Assembly (NCBI GenBank): GCA_937996605.1
Contig: CALKVB010000436.1
Span: forward strand, 1-61,548
DNA from: an uncultured Oxalobacteraceae bacterium
GTDB lineage: Bacteria > Pseudomonadota > Gammaproteobacteria > Burkholderiales > Burkholderiaceae_D
Reading direction: 5' to 3'
Length of the DNA: 61,548 bases
The notes beneath the pieces are model-generated. The model was not told the origin of the DNA, ran no database searches, and saw nothing but the letters and a program-made list of their open reading frames with translations. The translations under genes were made by a program, and so were the position numbers. Below are positions 54,150-61,548 of this stretch, piece after piece; position 1 is the first letter of the stretch, and the number at the start of each line of letters is the position of its first letter.

Positions 54150-56426
54150 ATGCAAAATCTCCTACATAATCTGAATCCTGAACAGCTTGCTGCTGTGACC
54201 TTACCGCCGCAATCGGCGCTTATTTTGGCGGGTGCCGGCTCCGGCAAAACGCGTGTCTTGACGACCCGTATTGCCTGGTTAATTCAAACTGGGCAAATTT
54301 CGCCACATGGCGTGTTGGCGGTCACGTTTACCAATAAATCTGCCAAAGAAATGTTGACCCGTTTGTCGGCGATGTTGCCGATCAATACACGCGGTATGTG
54401 GATAGGTACCTTTCACGGGTTATGTAATCGTTTACTGCGCGCACATCATCGTGATGCCGGGTTGCCGCAGACTTTCCAAATTCTCGATTCAGGTGACCAG
54501 CTCTCTTTCATCAAACGTTTACTCAAAGCAAATAATATCGATGATGAGAAATATCCTGCTAAGAATTTGATGTACTTCATCAATAGTGCAAAAGACCAAG
54601 GATTGCGTGCCGCCGCAGTTGATGCCTATGATGATTTCAACCGAAAAATGGTGGCCTTATATGATCTCTATGATCTGCAATGCCAGCGCGAAGGTGTGGT
54701 CGATTTCGCAGAATTATTGTTGCGCACGTATGAGTTATTAAGCCGAAATCAGCCTTTGCGTGAGCACTATCAATCACGCTTCAAGCATATTCTGATCGAC
54801 GAGTTTCAAGACACCAATGATTTGCAATATAAGTGGCTAAAACTGATGGCAGGCACGCAAGCCGCGGTGTTTGCGGTGGGCGACGATGATCAAAGTATTT
54901 ATGCTTTTCGCGGCGCGAACGTCGGTAATATGTCTGCATTCGAGCGTGAATTTCACGTCGAGAATCTGATCAAGCTTGAGCAAAACTATCGTTCTCATGG
55001 GCATATTCTTGATACTGCAAATGCCTTGATTGAACATAATAGTAAGCGTCTCGGCAAAAACTTACGTACTGATGCTGGTCATGGTGAGCCGGTGCGCATT
55101 TTCGAGGCAAGTAGCGATATTCAAGAAGCACAATGGATCACCGAAGAAGCGAAGAATTTGATACGTGATGGTTCTCTTCGTAGCGAGATCGCGATTCTCT
55201 ATCGTTCCAACGCTCAATCGCGCGTGATCGAACATGCTTTGTTCACGGCCGGTTTGCCCTATCGCGTGTATGGCGGTCAGCGCTTTTTCGAGCGTGCAGA
55301 AATTAAACATGCAATTGCATATTTGCAGTTGATGGATAACCCTCACAATGATTCGGCTTTTTTACGCGTGGTGAATTTTCCAACGCGTGGCATAGGCGCT
55401 CGCTCGATAGAGCAACTGCAAGATGCAGCGCGTCAATACAATATTTCTTTGTATGCCGCAGTGCCTTATGTGACAGGTAAGGCTGGTAGTTCATTGGCTT
55501 CCTTTGTCAAATTAATCGAATCGGCAAGATTCGAAACGCAGAACTTACCGTTGCCAGAAATGGTGCAAGTGGTGCTTGATTTGAGTACCTTAATTACTCA
55601 CTACCAAAATGAAAAAGAAGGCGCGGATCGCATCGAAAACTTAGAGCAGTTGGTGAGTGCGGCAACACTCTTTGTTTCAGAAGAAGGTTTTGGCCATCAG
55701 GCGCCGGCATTAGTAGGGCCAGCCTCGCGACCAGCAAGCAGTTTGATTGCGAATGATCAGGGCATAGAAATTATCGACGCTGATGCAGCCTTGCCAACTG
55801 TGATGTCACCGCTGTCAGCGTTCTTATCTCACGCCTCTCTCGAAGCGGGCGACAACCAAGCTCAAGTGGGCCAAGATGCATTGCAGTTGATGACAGTGCA
55901 CGCGGCAAAAGGTTTGGAGTTTGATTCGGTATTTATTGGCGGCTTGGAGGAGGGCTTATTTCCACATGAAAATAGCTCTCAGGAAGAATCCGGCGTGGAG
56001 GAAGAGCGTCGCTTGATGTATGTCGCAATTACTCGTGCACGTAAGCGTTTGTATATGACCTTCTCGCAAACGCGTATGCTGCATGGTCAAACGCGCTATA
56101 ACTTACGGTCTCGCTTCTTTGATGAAATGCCTGATGCGTCATTAAAATGGCTCTCGCCTAAGGTGCAGCCAAGTTGGTTTGGTCGCACCAAATCAGCGTG
56201 GGATGAGTCGCCAGAAGCGGGGGCGAACTTGATCGCGCAAAGATTCAGTAAAACCCAAACTGGCAGTGCTTGGCGGATTGGCGAAAACGTCGCGCATGCG
56301 AAGTTTGGTGAAGGTGTGATCGTGAATATCGAAGGCAGCGGAACCAATTCTCGTGCACACATTAATTTTGGCAAGTTCGGTATGAAATTGCTCGACTTGG
56401 GTGTTGCGAAATTAGAACGTTTGTAA
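54150..56426 (+). CDS. uvrD: DNA helicase II UvrD
   Basis: AGAGSGKT, TFTNK, DEFQDTN, VGDDDQSIY.FRGA, LEQNYRS, TVHAAKGLEF, EERRLMYVAITRA. Confidence 0.96.
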   Translation: MQNLLHNLNPEQLAAVTLPPQSALILAGAGSGKTRVLTTRIAWLIQTGQISPHGVLAVTFTNKSAKEMLTRLSAMLPINTRGMWIGTFHGLCNRLLRAHHRDAGLPQTFQILDSGDQLSFIKRLLKANNIDDEKYPAKNLMYFINSAKDQGLRAAAVDAYDDFNRKMVALYDLYDLQCQREGVVDFAELLLRTYELLSRNQPLREHYQSRFKHILIDEFQDTNDLQYKWLKLMAGTQAAVFAVGDDDQSIYAFRGANVGNMSAFEREFHVENLIKLEQNYRSHGHILDTANALIEHNSKRLGKNLRTDAGHGEPVRIFEASSDIQEAQWITEEAKNLIRDGSLRSEIAILYRSNAQSRVIEHALFTAGLPYRVYGGQRFFERAEIKHAIAYLQLMDNPHNDSAFLRVVNFPTRGIGARSIEQLQDAARQYNISLYAAVPYVTGKAGSSLASFVKLIESARFETQNLPLPEMVQVVLDLSTLITHYQNEKEGADRIENLEQLVSAATLFVSEEGFGHQAPALVGPASRPASSLIANDQGIEIIDADAALPTVMSPLSAFLSHASLEAGDNQAQVGQDALQLMTVHAAKGLEFDSVFIGGLEEGLFPHENSSQEESGVEEERRLMYVAITRARKRLYMTFSQTRMLHGQTRYNLRSRFFDEMPDASLKWLSPKVQPSWFGRTKSAWDESPEAGANLIAQRFSKTQTGSAWRIGENVAHAKFGEGVIVNIEGSGTNSRAHINFGKFGMKLLDLGVAKLERL

Positions 56427-56480
56427 CATGTGAATGGAGCTGCTGCTAGCGTCAAACTAGGAGCAGCTGAGCGGCAAAAA

Positions 56481-57113
56481 TTATATGTGGTATGCGGTAC
56501 TTGTCATCACTTTTGCCATGACTTTCATCAAGCCCTTGATCGGCGCCGGCAATTCTCTCGCACCTAGCTTGTTGGCAGCATCGCCATGATTAATTTCATC
56601 AATGCGCATTTGATCAACGATTGCTCGTGATTTCGCATCCTGTAATGGTAGCTTCTCTAAGTGGCTCTCAAGGTGCGCTTCAACTTGTTTTTCAGTTTCA
56701 ACCACAAAACCAAGACTGACCGCATCACCGCAGGCGCCAGCTACCAGACCGCAGGCATAAGCGCCCGCGTACCAAAATGGGTTGAGTAAGCTGGTGTGTG
56801 AATTGAGCTGCTGCAGGCGATCAGCGGTCCATGCCAAATGATCTTCCTCTTCTATTCCTGAGTGCTTGAATTGATCACGGACCTTTTGATTGCGCGAGAA
56901 CACAGCTTGAGAGTCGTATAAGGCTTGCGCACAAATTTCACCTACATGGTTGACACGCATTAGTCCAGCTGCGTGTTTTTGTTCATTTTCAGCGAGCGTT
57001 GCCTCAGCAATCAACTGCGCTGGATTGGGGCGGGATGAGCGTGCTTGACCACTCACAACGCGCAGTGCGCGATCAAAGTTGCCAATTAGATTATCGATGG
57101 AGGGAGCGATCAT
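56481..57113 (-). CDS. coq7: Demethoxyubiquinol hydroxylase Coq7
   Basis: MRVNHVGEICAQALY, EEEDHL, ETEKQVEAHL, DEINH di-iron motifs. Confidence 0.93.
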   Translation of the reverse strand: MIAPSIDNLIGNFDRALRVVSGQARSSRPNPAQLIAEATLAENEQKHAAGLMRVNHVGEICAQALYDSQAVFSRNQKVRDQFKHSGIEEEDHLAWTADRLQQLNSHTSLLNPFWYAGAYACGLVAGACGDAVSLGFVVETEKQVEAHLESHLEKLPLQDAKSRAIVDQMRIDEINHGDAANKLGARELPAPIKGLMKVMAKVMTSTAYHI

Positions 57114-57460
57114 AGGAATCTGCCAAAAGTGCTTGAAATATAGATTGTAAGCCTTATATGCATGGGTATAGTTGTGGTGCCACCGTTTCCTTATTTTCAG
57201 AAAGGTTGCTATAATTCACATTTTTGTGTGTCAATCTAGTGCTTTGTTGTTGCAATGCCACATAAATAAGAGATAGTTGCACAAAAACCGTGAATCCCTT
57301 TGCCCAAAAGGGTGCAATTTGTTCCAATGCCACTTAGTATACAAGGCAAAAAGCTGCCAAGGTTTATTAAATGGCAGGAACTTGAGACACCATTTTGAGT
57401 TGATATTTATATAGTAATAAAATCATTCAAGAAATTTTTTAACCTTTGGAGAGCTTTTCA

Positions 57461-58525
57461 ATGAAAAAATCACTTATCGCTTTTGCCGTTTTGAGCGCAT
57501 TTGCATCTGCAGCTTCTGCACAGTCTTCTGTTGTGTTGTACGGTGTAATCGACACATCCACTTCTTACATGACTAGCCAAAGTGCAACAGGCGGCAAAAA
57601 AGTTTCTATGGAAACAAACGGTCTGAGCTCTTCCCGTTGGGGCTTCAAAGGCACTGAAGATTTGGGTAATGGTTTGAAAGCCAACTTTAACTTGGAAAGC
57701 TCTTTGGCAGTAGATACAGGCGTAGCTGGCAATTTGTTTGACCGTACAGCAACAGTTGGTGTTGAAGGCGCGTTCGGTAAAGTTAATGCTGGTCGTCAAA
57801 CTAACTTGGCATACGACACATTGGTGATGGTCGATCCATTGAATTTCGCAAACCCAGGCACTAACGCAAACGTTGCTTTGGGTTCTATGAATAATGCGTC
57901 TTTGTATAGCGCACACGGTTCAAGCAATGGTTTCTCTTCTGCAGCGCGTGAAAACAATGCAATCAAGTACAGTGCTCCAGCGATGTTTGGTGGTATCGTG
58001 TTCTCAGGTATGTATGGTTTCGGTGAAAAAACAGGTAACGCACAAGCTGGTTCCTACATGGGCGCTTCTGCAACTTACGCAGCTTCTGATATCTCTGTAG
58101 TGTTCTCCTATGGTCAAATGCGTGATGCAAACGGTGCATCTACATTGCGTTCATACACTGGTGGTGCAAAATTCGTAGTCACTCCAGAATTGACATTTAA
58201 GGTTTCTTACGCTGAAAACGAAGTCAATGCTACAACACGTAATGTTTCCGTATTTGGCACAGGTTTTGATTACAAAATCAGCCCTGCGACAACATTCACT
58301 GGTGCTTACTATGCAAACCGTCGCTCTGGCGATGTAGAAGGTAAAGCTGATACATTCCAAGCATTGGTGAAATATTCCTTCAGCAAACGTACAGCAGCTT
58401 ACACATCATTCTCTTATGTACGTGCAGGCACGACAGCAGCTAAAGACACAGATATGGGCTTGTTCTTGGCAGCTGGTAACAAAACAGCAACTCGCACAAT
58501 CGTTGGTATCAACCACGCTTTCTAA
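57461..58525 (+). CDS. Betaproteobacterial trimeric porin
   Basis: MKKSLIA...AQSSVVLYGVID, SRWGFKGTEDLGNGLKA.F.LE, C-terminal GINHAF. Confidence 0.95.
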   Translation: MKKSLIAFAVLSAFASAASAQSSVVLYGVIDTSTSYMTSQSATGGKKVSMETNGLSSSRWGFKGTEDLGNGLKANFNLESSLAVDTGVAGNLFDRTATVGVEGAFGKVNAGRQTNLAYDTLVMVDPLNFANPGTNANVALGSMNNASLYSAHGSSNGFSSAARENNAIKYSAPAMFGGIVFSGMYGFGEKTGNAQAGSYMGASATYAASDISVVFSYGQMRDANGASTLRSYTGGAKFVVTPELTFKVSYAENEVNATTRNVSVFGTGFDYKISPATTFTGAYYANRRSGDVEGKADTFQALVKYSFSKRTAAYTSFSYVRAGTTAAKDTDMGLFLAAGNKTATRTIVGINHAF

Positions 58526-58556
58526 TCAGTGATTTATTAAGCTGATTGAGTTGAAT

Positions 58557-58586
58557 AAAAAAACTGCCTTCGGGCAGTTTTTTTTT
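58557..58586 (+). terminator. Intrinsic terminator of the porin gene
   Basis: aaaaaaactgcc-ttcg-ggcagttttttttt (UUCG tetraloop). Confidence 0.9.
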
Positions 58587-58718
58587 GAACTTTTGTATGG
58601 AACTGCTGATCTACATGGCGTCATTTTGCCCAATGAAACCCAATGGCCTTCATTGTGACTCTCTTTTTCTTGATTATTAACGATCAAGCTTCGTGCTTAA
58701 ACCTCTAACTGACGTCAT

Positions 58719-60941
58719 ATGAAAGCTTTTGTTTCGTTCATTTCACTATTGTTTTTTTGTTTCGTGAGTAGTTTTGCACATGCTGGCTTTCAAGCGAAGC
58801 GTCTCGATGAAACGAAGCAGAAATTAACGATCGACGGTAAGCTGGACGAGAGTGTTTGGCAGTTAGCAGTGCCACATGATGTGTTTTATCAGACGCAGCC
58901 ATTTGATAAGCGTAAAGCACACTTGAGGACCGAGGTCCGGGTGTTATTTGATACCAATAATTTATACGTTGGGATTAAAGCTTTTGATTCCGATCCCGAT
59001 AGCATACGTGATTCATTCTCTCGTCGTGACCGAATCACTATTGATCAGGATTTTTTTGCTTTATATTTAGATCCGAGTAGTGCGCATAAGTCGGCACAGA
59101 TCTTTTTTGTGAATGCGAGAGGCACTGTAATGGATGGTATATACAGTGACTCTGCTGGCGAAGATTCTTCCCCAGATTTTGATTTCGAAGTTGCAACTTC
59201 ACGCTTTTCTGGAGGTTGGAGTGCCGAATATCGCATTCCATTTTCTTCTATTGCTTACGATAAGGATTCCAAGACACCTTGGAGCATGTTAGTACTGCGT
59301 AATATGACACGCGAACAGCGTTATCGCATGTACAGTGGACAAGTGACCCGTGCGACCAATTGCAATCTATGTTACTCAGATACCATTGATGGCTTACAGG
59401 ATTTGCCTTCGGGCTTGAGTTGGAACCTCACACCCCAGGTTGTAGGTCGCAGTACCAAGGATACCGTCGCTGGATCACCAACAATCGCAACTCGAGGTAA
59501 AGCGTTTAGTTTGGATTTGAAGGTCCGTCCCGATTCAGCGACGACAATTGACCTCACACTCAATCCAGATTTTTCGCAAATCGAACTTGATTCACCGCAA
59601 TTATCGGGAAACACGCGCTTTAGTTTGTTTGTACAGGAAAAACGTCCGTTTTTTTTAGAGGGCGCAGATATCTTACGTACCCCTTTCAATGTGATTAGTA
59701 CGCGAAGTATTGCAAACCCTGATGCGGGATTTAGATACACAAGGCGAGATGCAGGCAAAGATGTTAGTTGGATCATGGCCAAGGATGCTGCCGGAGGTGC
59801 AGTGTTAATTCCACACACTTACTATACATCTTCGGCGAATGCTAATACGGCCTCGTTGGCAAATGATTTGCGTGCTAATTTCCGCTTGGGGACTATGTCT
59901 ATTGGTGTCACGGCGACTGATCGAGAATATCAAGGTATCTCAGCTTACAACCGTGTGATCGGCCCAGATTTTGTGTGGCAGATCGATCGTAATCAAGCGC
60001 TTAGAGCACAACTTTTGTTGAGTGATACCAGCGCACAGCCCGATAGACAAGGCAATCTAAGCAAAGGCTTGGCGAGCTCTGGACATGCATTTTACGCAGG
60101 GTGGTCGAACGGTAATGATGCTTGGGGGATAGGTTTGAGCGTACGTGATCTGAGTAAGGACTTTCGCGATGATAATGGTTTTTTTTCACAGGTCGGGTTT
60201 CAGAGTGTTAATAATGATTTGACTAAGAAATGGGGAAGAGTCAGCATTTGGAATGAGCTTAATACCTACGTGTCCACGGAATACAAAATTGATGCAGACG
60301 GTAAGGTGATGTCTAAGAGTATTTCGCCAGGAGTGAGTGTTGCTGGTGCCTATGATAGCTCGGTTTATTTCAATATCAATCCAGCGATAAAAAGCAGGGT
60401 CAACGCCGCTGGTGAGTTGTATAGTTTGAATCGGATCGCTACTGGTTTTGCGATTAGCCCCGGAAAGCAAATTGCTCGTGTTAACGGTGACTTTACGCTC
60501 GGCGATGTTGTTGATGTTGCCGCGAACCGTTTGGGAAAAGGTGGATCAGCATCGTTCAGCGCAAAGTTACGCCCAATGGATAGAATCGAGTTCGATTCTA
60601 GTTACGCAACTAGTTGGATAAGTAGTAGTGATGAAGTCCACAGCGGTGAACGTGCTTATACAGAGACAGCGCTCCAAATTAATAGTGTAGTGCATTTTTC
60701 TGAAAGAGATAGTTTGCGCATCATTCTGCAAGACGCGCGAACCAGCCGCAATCCTGAGTTATACACGATGACGGTGGCGCCAGAAAGCAGTCGAACCGTC
60801 AATTCTTTAGTGTTTACGCGCCGAGTCGGTTTAGGCAGTGCCAGCTATCTTGGGTGGACCACGACCAAATCGGAGACACCGGGTTTTGTCGCCAAACGCA
60901 AACAAAGTGAAATTTTTGCGAAGTTATCTTGGCAAATTTAG
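58719..60941 (+). CDS. CBM9-like + DUF5916 outer-membrane protein
   Basis: Signal peptide, IDGKLDESVW, WSAEYRIPFSSI, TLNPDFSQIE, EKRPFFLEG, C-terminal FAKLSWQI. Confidence 0.75.
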   Translation: MKAFVSFISLLFFCFVSSFAHAGFQAKRLDETKQKLTIDGKLDESVWQLAVPHDVFYQTQPFDKRKAHLRTEVRVLFDTNNLYVGIKAFDSDPDSIRDSFSRRDRITIDQDFFALYLDPSSAHKSAQIFFVNARGTVMDGIYSDSAGEDSSPDFDFEVATSRFSGGWSAEYRIPFSSIAYDKDSKTPWSMLVLRNMTREQRYRMYSGQVTRATNCNLCYSDTIDGLQDLPSGLSWNLTPQVVGRSTKDTVAGSPTIATRGKAFSLDLKVRPDSATTIDLTLNPDFSQIELDSPQLSGNTRFSLFVQEKRPFFLEGADILRTPFNVISTRSIANPDAGFRYTRRDAGKDVSWIMAKDAAGGAVLIPHTYYTSSANANTASLANDLRANFRLGTMSIGVTATDREYQGISAYNRVIGPDFVWQIDRNQALRAQLLLSDTSAQPDRQGNLSKGLASSGHAFYAGWSNGNDAWGIGLSVRDLSKDFRDDNGFFSQVGFQSVNNDLTKKWGRVSIWNELNTYVSTEYKIDADGKVMSKSISPGVSVAGAYDSSVYFNINPAIKSRVNAAGELYSLNRIATGFAISPGKQIARVNGDFTLGDVVDVAANRLGKGGSASFSAKLRPMDRIEFDSSYATSWISSSDEVHSGERAYTETALQINSVVHFSERDSLRIILQDARTSRNPELYTMTVAPESSRTVNSLVFTRRVGLGSASYLGWTTTKSETPGFVAKRKQSEIFAKLSWQI

Positions 60942-61046
60942 TGGCGCTCATCGTCATTAGATTGGCATTTTTACTGATTAAATTTGCAAGAAAGGGCTCT
61001 TCGCAGGGTTTGACGTTTAGAGCAGACTTGGTTATCCTTCGCACAT

Positions 61047-61128
61047 TGCGCCGATTTGAGATCAGCTTGCGGGCGCAGTTTGGATATGTTTTGTGCATAT
61101 TCGGACGAATAAATACGGCTAAAGCGAG
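61047..61128 (+). ncRNA. SAM-II riboswitch (long-loop variant)
   Basis: P1 ugcgcc/ggcgca, conserved GAUUU, GCUUGC, AUAAA and GCUAAAGC elements, upstream of metX. Confidence 0.8.
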
Positions 61129-61229
61129 CTCGAATGCCGCAGTACCCCCTCCATTCAGCCCACCTTTTAGCCCCTAAGTGTATCGTGATTGCCGACAAAC
61201 CTTGTGTTTGTCTCTTAAGGGAAGAACTT

Positions 61230-61548
61230 ATGTCATCTGTTGGAATCGTTAAGCCTCAAGCTTATCGCTTTAGTGAAGCTTTGCCACTGCAAAGTGGTGC
61301 CACCATCAGCGATTACAGCCTGATGATTGAAACTTATGGCACCTTAAATGCTGACAAATCAAACGCGGTTTTGATTTGTCATGCGCTCAATGCATCGCAT
61401 CATGTTGCTGGTTATTATGAAGATCAACCGAAGAATATCGGTTGGTGGGACAACATCATCGGCCCTGGCCGCCCGTTGGATACCGATAAGTTTTTTATTG
61501 TCGGATTGAATAATCTGGGGGGCTGCCATGGCTCCACGGGCCCTTCCT
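61230..61548 (+). CDS. metX: Homoserine O-acyltransferase MetX (truncated by window end)
   Basis: Translated by hand: [10 protein letters not shown]...[28 protein letters not shown]...[19 protein letters not shown]...[13 protein letters not shown]. Confidence 0.93.
   Translation, partial: MSSVGIVKPQAYRFSEALPLQSGATISDYSLMIETYGTLNADKSNAVLICHALNASHHVAGYYEDQPKNIGWWDNIIGPGRPLDTDKFFIVGLNNLGGCHGSTGPS

Overview
This looks like a chromosomal window from a betaproteobacterium, probably Oxalobacteraceae (Undibacterium-like). That assignment is inferred from gene content: a beta-type porin, coq7, SAM-II-metX and a LexA CTG-N10-CAG box. I see no rRNA, tRNA, CRISPR array, transposase or integrase. Order of contents: truncated CHASE-PAS sensor; PfkB kinase; HAMP-3xPAS-GGDEF-EAL protein; a 13.7-kb co-oriented cluster of two Tat-signal TldD/TldE pairs plus DUF4159, MoxR, DUF58/VWA, BatA-like and two membrane proteins; secreted HExxH protease and partner; amidohydrolase; cold-shock protein; DUF3455; GAF-fused PilB/GspE ATPase; thioredoxin-like protein, TonB-dependent receptor, TPR protein and JmjC cupin; three tandem MshA-like pilins; MCP; PpiC; 5'-nucleotidase with a TonB-dependent receptor behind Pho-box-like repeats; DeaD with two DbpA domains; DUF1501/DUF1800; DEDDh nuclease-uvrD; coq7; porin; DUF5916; and a SAM-II riboswitch before truncated metX. 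The most striking unexplained signal is the ~400-nt non-coding region 3' of the cold-shock gene. It holds four hairpins with an invariant C-AGAUA-G loop, compensatory stem changes and a distal terminator. This is a candidate multi-site protein-titrating (CsrB-like) RNA co-transcribed with a Csp. All family assignments come from motif recognition by eye, with no database searches.
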